DNA of 64,000 bases from contig JAKLKS010000001.1 in assembly GCA_023150535.1 (NCBI GenBank), positions 8,269-72,268 of the forward strand, written 5' to 3'. Made by a program: the position numbers and the translations under genes. A model generated the notes under the pieces. That model saw nothing but the letters and a program-made list of their open reading frames with translations. It was not told where the DNA came from and made no database searches. Positions within the stretch are counted from its first letter, which is position 1. Every line of letters starts with the position of its first letter. This document shows positions 8,887 through 17,537 of this stretch, piece after piece. Source of the stretch: Planctomycetota bacterium. GTDB lineage: Bacteria; Planctomycetota; JAJSAM01; JAKLKS01.

Positions 8887-9743
8887 CGGAACACGTCCAG
8901 GATCCGCCGGCGGGCGTCCCGGGAGAGCCCGGGGGCATGGGGCGGGGTCTCCTCGTCGGGAAGGGGCCGCTCCACCCGCGGCGCGGCGATCTCGGCGGTC
9001 CGAGGGAGGGCGGGGAGCGGGCCCTGCCCGCCGGGGGGCTCCTCCGCGGTGGCCCCGCCGACCCGCGCCGCGAGGCGCTCCGGCACCCGCTTGAACCGCT
9101 CGAGGCCGAACACCGCCGCGGCCTTCTCCGGCTTCTCCGTGCCGTCCGCGAACCCCTCCGCCACCGCCTCTTCGGCGGTCATCCACCACTCCCCACCCGC
9201 GTCCGCCACGCGCTGGGCCAGCGTGGCGGCCCGCCGCCCCGTCCGCCGGGCGTAGGTCGCGAGCATCGCCGACCACGCCTTGTCCAGCGTCTCGGCCTGC
9301 CGGCGGAACTCCTCCGCGTCGCCGAGTACCGCGGTCCAGGGCCGGTGGACCATCAGCATCGCGTTCTCCGCCACGATGGTCTCGTCCCCGGCCAGGGCCA
9401 CGAGGGACGCGATGGAGGCAGCCAGTCCGTCCACGTGGACCGTCACCTTCCCCGGGAACCGGGTGAGCGCGTTGTAGATGGCGATGCCCTCGAAGACGTC
9501 GCCGCCGTTGGAGGAGAGCCGGACGTCGAGGGCGGGCACGTCCGCCAGCGCGCGGAGGTCCTCCACAACCCGGCGGGCCGGGATGCCCCCGAGGAAGTCC
9601 TCCCCGAGGATGTCGTAGAGGTAGAGCGTGGCCGTGACGGGCCCGGGCTCGACGACCTGGGCTCCGTCCTGCTCCCCGGCGGGGATGGCGGCCCACACCT
9701 TCTCCACGGCGTAGCCCTTCCCGTCCTTCAGCGCGGTGGTCAT
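8877..9743 (-). CDS. Prohead protease (ClpP/S14-like head maturation protease)
   Basis: Start MTTALKDGKGYAVEKV at 9743 with AAGGAGA RBS and ATGA overlap with portal stop; VRLSSNGGDVFEGIAIYNAL and MVHRPW motifs of ClpP family. Confidence 0.85.
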   Translation of the reverse strand: MTTALKDGKGYAVEKVWAAIPAGEQDGAQVVEPGPVTATLYLYDILGEDFLGGIPARRVVEDLRALADVPALDVRLSSNGGDVFEGIAIYNALTRFPGKVTVHVDGLAASIASLVALAGDETIVAENAMLMVHRPWTAVLGDAEEFRRQAETLDKAWSAMLATYARRTGRRAATLAQRVADAGGEWWMTAEEAVAEGFADGTEKPEKAAAVFGLERFKRVPERLAARVGGATAEEPPGGQGPLPALPRTAEIAAPRVERPLPDEETPPHAPGLSRDARRRILDVFRLT

Positions 9744-11023
9744 GCGGGGGTCTCCTTCTGCGGCAGGGTGGTGGCCTGGTCCGTCGGCGCGGCCGGTGCG
9801 ACCGGCGCGGAGGTGCCCACGGGAACGAGGTTTCCGGGCCTGACGCGGTGCTTGCCGAGCCCGTCCGGCAGAGCGTTGAGCTCTTCCAGCTCGCGGACCT
9901 CGTCGAGGTCGTAGACCCCCCTGTCCAGCATCTGCCCGTAGAACTGCGCCCGGGCCGTGAGGTCCCCGCGTAGGAGTGCGTTCAGGTTGTGCCGGGCGTA
10001 GTAGCGGCCCCTCTCCGAGGGGAGGAGGAGGTCGCGGGTGATGGTCGCCTCGAACCGCACGAGCCAGGGCCGAAGCGTGTTCTGCACGAACTCCAGCGCC
10101 GCCTGCTCCATGTTCGCGCGCGGCTGCGCGGTCGTGTCCCCCAGCATGTGGAGGGGGACGCGGAAGATGCGGGCGATCTCGGCCACCTGGAACTTCCGCT
10201 GGTCGATGAACTGGGCGTCGTCGAGGTTCATCCCCACCTTCTCGAACTTCGCCCCCGCCTCGAGGATGACCGTCTTCCCGGCGTTGACGGCGCCGGCGTA
10301 GGCCGCATCCCAGGAGGCCTTGAAGCGCTGGTATTCGGGGTCCTCCATCACGGCCGGGTGGGTGACGACCCCGGCCACGCGGGCGCCGTTCTTCATGAAG
10401 GACGCCTGCGCCTGCTCGAGGACCAGGGAGATGCCCATCGACTCCCGACAGAGGCCGATGGGGCTGAGGCCCGTCACACCGTTCCACGAGAGGCCAGGGA
10501 TGCGCCACACCTCCCTGGGCCGGAGGGTCCGCGGCTTCACCCCGGGCTCGTTCACCTCGACCAGGAGGGGGCCGCCTGGGGTCTCGCGGTAGTCCCGCGT
10601 GTGAGCCGGGAGGAGGGGCCAGAGTTCCCGCACGTCCCCGCCGCCGTCCCGGACCACCTGCGCCCGGGCGTTGCCGCGGAGGAGGACGTGGGCGCAGAGG
10701 GTCTCCCGGAGGGACTGAGCGGTGATCTCCTCGTTGGCCTCGACGTGGAGGACCTGGTCGAGGGGGTGCTCGTCAGCGAGGCGCCGATCCCCGTTCGCCT
10801 GCTTCTCGTAGACCCGAAGCGGCAGCGTGCTGATGGTCTCGGCGATCACCTTCACACTGGAGAGGACGGCCGTGATGCGAAGCGCTGAGTCGTCGGTGAC
10901 GGAGACGCCCGAGGCCGTCGGGGCGGAGACTCCGGGGTACTTCCAGAAGGTCTCCGGGGGCTCGTCCGAGATCACCCACCCGAGGAGTCGGCGGGCCAGG
11001 CGGCGGATGGGACCGGGGGGCAC
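9740..11023 (-). CDS. Phage portal protein, HK97 family
   Basis: 427 aa; ...FQVAEIARIFRVPLHMLGD... portal motif. Confidence 0.9.
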   Translation of the reverse strand: MPPGPIRRLARRLLGWVISDEPPETFWKYPGVSAPTASGVSVTDDSALRITAVLSSVKVIAETISTLPLRVYEKQANGDRRLADEHPLDQVLHVEANEEITAQSLRETLCAHVLLRGNARAQVVRDGGGDVRELWPLLPAHTRDYRETPGGPLLVEVNEPGVKPRTLRPREVWRIPGLSWNGVTGLSPIGLCRESMGISLVLEQAQASFMKNGARVAGVVTHPAVMEDPEYQRFKASWDAAYAGAVNAGKTVILEAGAKFEKVGMNLDDAQFIDQRKFQVAEIARIFRVPLHMLGDTTAQPRANMEQAALEFVQNTLRPWLVRFEATITRDLLLPSERGRYYARHNLNALLRGDLTARAQFYGQMLDRGVYDLDEVRELEELNALPDGLGKHRVRPGNLVPVGTSAPVAPAAPTDQATTLPQKETPA

Positions 11024-11041
11024 GTCCTACAGCGTGGGGGC

Positions 11042-11061
11042 GCGGGAGGATCGATCCATCC
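11042..11061 (-). promoter_or_regulatory. Conserved intergenic motif copy 3 (GCGGGAGGATCGATCCATCC)
   Basis: Just upstream of portal start. Confidence 0.4.
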
Positions 11062-11191
11062 ACGGTCGTCAGCCAGCCCTGGCGGCACTCCCACTCCACT
11101 ACGGCCTGCGGTGTGCGAGCGCCAGACGGCGGCCAGGTGTTCCGCGACTCGGGGATCCGGGCACCCACCTCAGGGCTACCTCAGGACCCGA

Positions 11192-13702
11192 CTACTTCCT
11201 CCTCCGCCTAGCCTGCTTGGTCACGTCCTCGTGGAGGTGGGTCGGGGAGAGCCTGAGTTCATCGAGCAGGAGCGCGACGTCCTTTCGGCTCCAACCTCCT
11301 GGCTCCCGCGCCGCGAGTCTGCCAACCAGCTGGGTGGCACGGTCCTTGAGCTCAGCGAGCCCCTCGTGCTCGATGGTCCGCAGGTGGTCGATCGGATCGA
11401 GGTCGGCCAACGCCGTGTCGATGACCATCACGGGCGTCACCGGTGCGCCAGGGTAGTTCCTCTCGAACCAGGAATGGCTCAACGTAATCTGCCCCATGTC
11501 GCGCTTGCAGATTGCATCCGTCTCAGACCGGCTCTTGCACTCGATCACCCAGCTCATGTCTCGCCAACGCCACAAGTTGTCGGGGCCGTCACCTTCATCC
11601 CGCTCCGGTCGCTCGCTCTGCGCGCCCAAGACGGCCCCTAAGAATTCCGTGGCGTCCTCGAAGGCCACATGTCCGACGCCAAAGTACAGGTCCATGAGTC
11701 GGCTGGCCGCCTCCGCCACGGCTCCCTGGCCATCGGCGAATTGCCCGTACCATTTCAGGACGTTGTCGGCCGCAGAGGCCAGAGCGGCATCTCTCGGCCT
11801 CAGGGCTGTGACCTCTGTAGGCCGGAGCAGTCGATGTGAGATCGCGTACGCCTTTCGCTGGATACGCATGGCCTCATCTGGGTCCGATCCGACCGTCATC
11901 CTGCCGAGGACCTGGAGGTATCGAGCGTAGGAGGGGCCCGAGTCCAGCTTCGCCTTGTTGAGCGCCTTGCTCAATGTGTCGACTGCCGCCGGCGCATCTC
12001 CATCGATCGCCTGAACGAGCGACCTGCGTTCAGCATCGGCAAGATTCACCGCCACCGGATCGCCACCCTTCGGAGGGTTGGGGACCCGGTTCCGCACTCT
12101 CTGGATGTAGATGTCCTTCCACACGCCCGCTCGGCGAAGGCAGTTGTCGACGAGCTCGTCGAAGGCCTCTTCGCCCGACGCACTCTCCGCTCCGCGGGCC
12201 AGATCTATGAGCTCCTTCCCGAGAGTAAGTTGCGCCTGGACCTCGTCACTCATCTGCGATCGAACGTCGGTCTTCGAGACGAAGCTCGCCAGCGCTTCTC
12301 CACCAAGGACGACGACCGCATAGTCGGCACTCGATCGCACCGCGCGTCCCATTCCCTGCTCGATGCGATAAACAACGCGGTTCCGGACCCCACCGTCCCT
12401 TGGACTGCTGCTACTGTCCATCTCATCTGTAAGGCCCTGCCCCCGGGGGATTCCATCGAGGACCAGGATCCGGCAAGCGTCGTCAGGCAGATCGATGCCG
12501 TCGAACCTCTGCGCAAAGGCGGCGAATCGTAGATCCCCCTTACGAAGGTCTCTTACGGCAGCAGCCACGTCGGCGTGGCCAGCTGGCGCGGCAGCACCAT
12601 GGGCCTCCCACTCCTTGGCTTCAGCCGCACTTGAGCAGAGGACGACCACGGCATCCTTCTCCGAGCGAGATGCGGCCCACATCATGAGCCACTCGCGGTT
12701 CATTTCTCGGTCGATCAGAGTAGGCGCCAGGATCATCCGCTCGCCAATGCCCGACTCCTTGGAGGGGGTAATGGGCCCCAGAGCCGCTGCGACTTCGCAC
12801 CCGAGTTCGCGGACCAGCACGGAGTCATCCGAGAGGGTCCCCGACATGAACAGCCGATGAGCCGCTTCATGGTATGGGCGGATCTCGCGGACAAGCGGGA
12901 CCTCTGTAGATAGCTCGACTACTCCGCGCCCGATCACGACCCGCAAGAATGGCAGAGATGCCCTGATCAGTGGCCAACGGAGATCTCGATCCGCTCCTGT
13001 TGCGTACTTGCGAACGAGGGCTTCGACCCGGTCACCCAGCTGGGGAAGGTGCCAGTAGGGGACCTCGATAAGAACCCTGGGGTCGCCCTCGCGAATGTCC
13101 CGCCACGCACTGCGAAGGTGCTTCACCATCACTCCATCGATCTCGCCGATGAAGTGCGTCACTCCCTCCGGGTCGGAGATCCGAAGAGTGAAAGCGTCTC
13201 GCACCTCCTCGACCCCCGCATGGGCATCGTCGAGAACCAGTGCCGTGGGAACGATCCCGACGTCTTGGCGGCTGAACGTCGTACGGGCATTGAACAACTT
13301 GTCGTAGGTGCAAACGATCACGGCTTGGCCAGAGAGACAATCGGCGTGGGGGTGAGGTTCTCCCGACGCGTAGGGGTGGGCGTCTAGGCCGAGGCGTCGA
13401 GCCTCCACCAGGACCTGGTCAGCGAGTTGGAGATTGGGGCATAGGTAAACGCCGACCCCCTGGGTTGCAGCCATGTGGGCCTTGAGGTACAGAAGCCCGA
13501 CGGTCGACTTCCCAGACCCCGTGGGCATCTTCAGCACTAGGTCGCGCTCGTCCCGCCGCTTGTGAAGCTCCTTCAGCGCCGCGACTTGGAACGGCCGAAG
13601 GTTGACGTGCGAGGTCTTCCGGTCGAGGCCCTCGAACAGCTGGAGTGGATCCGTCGGTTGGCCGCCGCCACGCTTCGAGAGGAGCTTCCGCAGGTCAACC
13701 AT
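11192..13702 (-). CDS. SF2 DEAD/DEAH-box helicase fused to C-terminal putative PD-(D/E)xK nuclease domain (836 aa); moron in packaging module
   Basis: Walker A LKMPTGSGKSTVG, DExH-like LVLDDAHA, motif VI QGMGRAVRS; C-terminal WRDMSWVIECKSR. Track ORF 1433 aa but N-terminal ~600 aa overlaps terL in another frame; start MVDLRKLL at 13702 with GGAGGA RBS (alternative 13765). GC visibly lower than neighbours. Confidence 0.8.
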   Translation of the reverse strand: MVDLRKLLSKRGGGQPTDPLQLFEGLDRKTSHVNLRPFQVAALKELHKRRDERDLVLKMPTGSGKSTVGLLYLKAHMAATQGVGVYLCPNLQLADQVLVEARRLGLDAHPYASGEPHPHADCLSGQAVIVCTYDKLFNARTTFSRQDVGIVPTALVLDDAHAGVEEVRDAFTLRISDPEGVTHFIGEIDGVMVKHLRSAWRDIREGDPRVLIEVPYWHLPQLGDRVEALVRKYATGADRDLRWPLIRASLPFLRVVIGRGVVELSTEVPLVREIRPYHEAAHRLFMSGTLSDDSVLVRELGCEVAAALGPITPSKESGIGERMILAPTLIDREMNREWLMMWAASRSEKDAVVVLCSSAAEAKEWEAHGAAAPAGHADVAAAVRDLRKGDLRFAAFAQRFDGIDLPDDACRILVLDGIPRGQGLTDEMDSSSSPRDGGVRNRVVYRIEQGMGRAVRSSADYAVVVLGGEALASFVSKTDVRSQMSDEVQAQLTLGKELIDLARGAESASGEEAFDELVDNCLRRAGVWKDIYIQRVRNRVPNPPKGGDPVAVNLADAERRSLVQAIDGDAPAAVDTLSKALNKAKLDSGPSYARYLQVLGRMTVGSDPDEAMRIQRKAYAISHRLLRPTEVTALRPRDAALASAADNVLKWYGQFADGQGAVAEAASRLMDLYFGVGHVAFEDATEFLGAVLGAQSERPERDEGDGPDNLWRWRDMSWVIECKSRSETDAICKRDMGQITLSHSWFERNYPGAPVTPVMVIDTALADLDPIDHLRTIEHEGLAELKDRATQLVGRLAAREPGGWSRKDVALLLDELRLSPTHLHEDVTKQARRRRK

Positions 13703-13788
13703 GGGGATCCTCCGCGCACCAGTGAGAACTGGAGTGTACTGGCCTGACCTGCGCCGAGGAAGCATGGTCCTTCGCCCCTGGGTGACTA

Positions 13789-15666
13789 TCAGACGGTGCG
13801 CACTCCTCGAGTGGCGTATGGAGACGCGGGGCCACTGGGCAGAACCATGAGTCGCGAGAGCGCCGTCACCGTAGCGACGACCCCGTCGATGCGCCTCTTC
13901 GGATTCGCTTTCACGGGCCGGATGTTCTCGTTCTCGTCCTCCTTCACGGCGGCGTTCGAAACGCACCAGGACATCGCGCGGTTCCCGTCGTGGTGGACCC
14001 GGCGCGCGCGGGTGAGGGCGTGGAGGACCTTGCACGAGGTGGAGAGCGTCTTCGGACCCTGCCGGACCTCTACTGGCTGGAGGCCCGCCTTCTCCAACTG
14101 CAGCGCGAACTGGAGCGCGTTCCAGGGGTCGTAGCCGATCTCCTTCACGCGGTACCGCGGGGCCAGCTCGTCCACGATGGTCCGGAAGATGAAGTCGTAG
14201 TCCACGACGCTCCCGGGAGTGGTGCGGAGATGGCCCTCCCGGACCCATACCCCGTAGTCCACGCCGTCCTCCTTGGACCGCTCGTGAAGGCGCTCCTCGG
14301 GCATCCAGAGGAAGGGGAGCACGGCCAGGTCGTAGTTGATGGACAGCACCTTCTTCACCGGGGCACCCGCGGCGTCGAACTCGACCGCCTGGACCGTGGG
14401 GACCTTCTCCCCCTCGAGACGGCTCTCGGGGAGGCGGAACACCAGGACGAACGCCGTGAGGTCCGTCGTCGAGGAGAGGTCGAGCCCGCCGGCGACGGGA
14501 CGCTTGACAAGGGACTCGGGCCCGGGCAGCGACGGGCAGTCCTTCCACCACTCGATGGGGATCCAGACCTCGTTCGTCCGGGTCCAGATGTTGAGGTGGA
14601 GGCGCTTGAAGGCCCCCTGCTTGCGAGGCTCCGCCTGGGCCGCCCGGCACTCCGCCTCGAGGTAGTCCCGCTTCACTGTCACCCCGAGGGAGGGGTTTGC
14701 CTTCGCCCAGATCCGCGGGTCCCGCCAGTCGTCCCCCTCCTTCGCCTCGAAGATGACGGGGAGGTAGGTCTCGTCCTCGATGAGCCCCGACATGACGCGC
14801 TTGGCGTACTCGTACTCCTCGTAGCAGACCGAGTCCTGATCGTCGCCGGCCGTGGTGATGAGGACCACGATGGGCTGGCGCCGCGCGGCGATGCCCTTGG
14901 ACAGTGTGTCGTAGAGGTCGCGGTTCGGCTGGGTATGGAACTCGTCGAAGAGGAGCGCGTGGATGTTCGGCCCGTGGCGGCCCTTCACCTCCGAGGAGAC
15001 CACCTTGAAGGAGGAGCGGGTCTCCGGCACCACGATGGCGCGGCGGTAGGTCTCGGACCTCGCTGCCAGGCGCCGGCTCGCAGCGTTCATGTCGCGGGCC
15101 TCGTTGAACACGATCCCCGCCTGCTCGCGGTCGGCCGCCGCGGCCACGATCTCCGCTCCGGGCTCGCGGTCGCAGTGGAGGAGGTAGAGGCCGAGGCCGG
15201 ATATGCAGGCCGACTTCCCGTTCTTCTTCCCGATGACGATGAACACCTTCCGGAACCGCCGGAGGCCGTCCGAGGCCCGCTTCCACCCGAAGAGCGGCCT
15301 GACGAGGAGCTCCCGCTGCCAGTCGAGGAGGTCGAAAGGCTGCCCCGCGAACTCCCCCGTCAGGTGCCGGAGGAAGGTCGGGAAGAAGTCCACCGCCCGG
15401 GCGGCCTCCTCCTCGTCGAAGAAGTAGCGTCCCCCGTGGTCGTGGACGGGGATGGTGACCGCGGGCCAGCGCTCGAGGGCCAGGGCGTTCCACGGGGACA
15501 CGGGGGCGGTCTGATTCACACCGACCAAGATCGGGGCGAGCGAGACTCGTGCCACTCCGGTAAGGTCATCCTCCTGCGGCGCCGGAGCCATCCGACCCGA
15601 GGAATGCCCTTCAGTGGTACTCTCGGAGTTGTTGACGTGCTGGCGGAGGGCCGGAGATTGGAGCAC
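13789..15666 (-). CDS. Terminase large subunit
   Basis: 625-aa ORF with ATPase and nuclease halves (..VFIVIGKKNGKSA.., LLFDEFH, ..EIGYDPWN..); start may be internal ATG at 15591. Confidence 0.85.
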   Translation of the reverse strand: MLQSPALRQHVNNSESTTEGHSSGRMAPAPQEDDLTGVARVSLAPILVGVNQTAPVSPWNALALERWPAVTIPVHDHGGRYFFDEEEAARAVDFFPTFLRHLTGEFAGQPFDLLDWQRELLVRPLFGWKRASDGLRRFRKVFIVIGKKNGKSACISGLGLYLLHCDREPGAEIVAAAADREQAGIVFNEARDMNAASRRLAARSETYRRAIVVPETRSSFKVVSSEVKGRHGPNIHALLFDEFHTQPNRDLYDTLSKGIAARRQPIVVLITTAGDDQDSVCYEEYEYAKRVMSGLIEDETYLPVIFEAKEGDDWRDPRIWAKANPSLGVTVKRDYLEAECRAAQAEPRKQGAFKRLHLNIWTRTNEVWIPIEWWKDCPSLPGPESLVKRPVAGGLDLSSTTDLTAFVLVFRLPESRLEGEKVPTVQAVEFDAAGAPVKKVLSINYDLAVLPFLWMPEERLHERSKEDGVDYGVWVREGHLRTTPGSVVDYDFIFRTIVDELAPRYRVKEIGYDPWNALQFALQLEKAGLQPVEVRQGPKTLSTSCKVLHALTRARRVHHDGNRAMSWCVSNAAVKEDENENIRPVKANPKRRIDGVVATVTALSRLMVLPSGPASPYATRGVRTV

Positions 15667-15969
15667 ATTCCATACCTCGCGTTCCTTCCCTACCTACCGC
15701 TGGAGAGGCCGGTCGTGTTCTCGAACTGGTGGCTGGGCCCGGCGGCGAGGTTCAGGAGACCCTGGGCGAGCCCCGAGTTCCACACGGCATCACGGCGGTT
15801 CCTCACCAGGTTCCGGACTGCAGACGGGCGGCGAGTGACTAGCCCTGCGATCCTTGCCCATCGTGAGCGGGGGGCCGATGGCCGCCTCCCAAGTGCACAT
15901 GAAGTTGAGATCCTCGAAGCCACGATCCTATTCGCCGTCCTTGACGCCAACCCGGAATGGTCTGAGGAA

Positions 15970-16824
15970 GTGGATGCGAGGAGGGTCGCCACCTCGGACA
16001 ACGCAGATCTGTTCCTCTGGCCCATCGATGTCGGCGGCGGCGTCACGATGGGGCCTCACGGACTGATCGTCCAGCACATCACCGGAGGACTCCGATTCAC
16101 GCGACGAGGATTTCGAGTGCCGGGCCCTCTGGCCCTCTCGCTGCCACGCAAGCTGACGCTCGACGCGGACCTCATGGGAGCGCTAGTCGGCGCGATGTCG
16201 ATGGCAGGGCCACGGCAGCCAGAGTCCGATGCTGCGCGGATGCTCCGGGCGATCCGCTGGTACGGCAAGGCGTGGAGGAACGACCTGAAGCTCGACTGGG
16301 GCGAGCGGGTCGTGATGCTCAAGACCGCGTTCGAGACGCTCCTCAACGAGGACGACACCCGGATGGCCGCACGCAAGATCGAGAGGCTCTTCTGCCGTGT
16401 CCTCGGAACCCGCGACACGGACCTCCTGTGGAAGCCGAAGGAGCGTAGGCGGGTCGTGACGTACACCAAGCTGAGCGGCAATACTGCTCATGAGGCGCGC
16501 ACGGACCTGATGGACTGGTGCATCACGTTCGGTGAGGCGCGCAACACCGTCGTCCACAAGGGGCTCTCACCCGAGATGATGTACGCCTGCCCTGGAGGAT
16601 CTGCGTACGACGGTCACCTGTTCCACACTGGTTCCCGGCTCTTCCGCGAGGCGGTGAAGGTGCGGCTGGAGGACGTGGGATTCCCAATGATGTGGGCGAG
16701 CGCGCGCGTGCGACACGGCGTCCGCCTCTTCACGCGAATCCGGCAGAGACTCGCCCGTTCGCGCCGAGGGGGTTGTAGCACCCGAACTTCAGAGGCAGTG
16801 ACGGTGCGGACGCCGAGACCCTGA
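15970..16824 (+). CDS. HEPN-motif hypothetical protein (putative RNase/abortive-infection-like); start uncertain (GTG 15970 or ATG 16048)
   Basis: Plus-strand coding in C-terminal third of track ORF 13990..16824; lower GC from ~15890; C-terminal DWCITFGEARNTVVHKG contains canonical R-N-x3-H HEPN signature; embedded between terL and terS on opposite strand. Confidence 0.5.
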   Translation: MDARRVATSDNADLFLWPIDVGGGVTMGPHGLIVQHITGGLRFTRRGFRVPGPLALSLPRKLTLDADLMGALVGAMSMAGPRQPESDAARMLRAIRWYGKAWRNDLKLDWGERVVMLKTAFETLLNEDDTRMAARKIERLFCRVLGTRDTDLLWKPKERRRVVTYTKLSGNTAHEARTDLMDWCITFGEARNTVVHKGLSPEMMYACPGGSAYDGHLFHTGSRLFREAVKVRLEDVGFPMMWASARVRHGVRLFTRIRQRLARSRRGGCSTRTSEAVTVRTPRP

Positions 16825-16829
16825 GTTCG

Positions 16830-17342
16830 CTACCCCGCCCCGAAGAACCGCTCGTCGAGGTCGGACTCGCCGGGCGCCACGCCCCGCGCCCCGCCCGCGG
16901 CGTGGACCCGGGATCGGCTCGACGGCGTCATCCCGAACTCCACGAGGAACGCCCGCATCTGCTCCAGGGCCTTGTTCGCGATGGCGAGGTAGGGCGAGTG
17001 GGCGAGGTAGCCCGAGGGGGCCTTCACGACTGCCCCGTACTGGCGGACCTTCTCCTCGGCGTCCAGGAGCCGGGCGTAGGCGAGGCAGTAGCCCATCAGT
17101 GCCGGCCCGTCGATCTCGGTCAGGAGCCCGGCCTTGAAGAGGATCCTCCCCATCCGGTGCCACTCGCGTCGGGACGCTCCGTCGAGCACCTTGGGGCAGG
17201 CCGGCATCCGCCGGCGGGGCTCGGGCTCGGTCTGGTTGAGCGGCCGGTGCCCGGGATTCCCCGCGAGGACCTTGAGGAGCGTGGGCTTGGGCTTCCGGCC
17301 GCCGCCGGGCGCGCGGGACCTACCCACACGCCACCTCCGCAA
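16830..17342 (-). CDS. Terminase small subunit (P27 family)
   Basis: ...GYCLAYARLLDAEEKV...YLAIANKALEQMRAFLVEFGMTPSSR... typical P27 TerS. Confidence 0.8.
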   Translation of the reverse strand: MRRWRVGRSRAPGGGRKPKPTLLKVLAGNPGHRPLNQTEPEPRRRMPACPKVLDGASRREWHRMGRILFKAGLLTEIDGPALMGYCLAYARLLDAEEKVRQYGAVVKAPSGYLAHSPYLAIANKALEQMRAFLVEFGMTPSSRSRVHAAGGARGVAPGESDLDERFFGAG

Positions 17343-17517
17343 GGGCGCGGGCGCCGTTCGAGGACGGGCCGCGCGGACTCCGGGGGACGAGGGCGCCGTC
17401 GCCGGGCCCCCTCGGCCCTCGCTTCCCGCAGAAGATGCACCACACCCCGGGGTCGTACCGGTCGCCGCGCTTCCAGGATGGCGGCGCGAGGAGGTACTGC
17501 CAGTAGTGGATCCCCAT
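17320..17517 (-). CDS. Small hypothetical protein (MGIHYWQYLL...WCIFCGKRG)
   Basis: Part of ORF 17320..17595; no clear RBS. Confidence 0.3.
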   Translation of the reverse strand: MGIHYWQYLLAPPSWKRGDRYDPGVWCIFCGKRGPRGPGDGALVPRSPRGPSSNGARALAEVACG

Positions 17518-17537
17518 CCAGCAGAGGAGGCGGCGGA

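Noticed and set aside
11192-15493. 1433-aa ORF suggesting a giant helicase
   Set aside because: N-terminal ~600 aa overlap the terminase large subunit gene in another frame and are Arg/Gly junk; real gene starts at 13702 (or 13765).
13990-16824. 944-aa plus-strand ORF
   Set aside because: First two thirds are antisense to terL with junk composition; only the lower-GC 3' third (from ~15.9-16.05 kb) is treated as a real gene.
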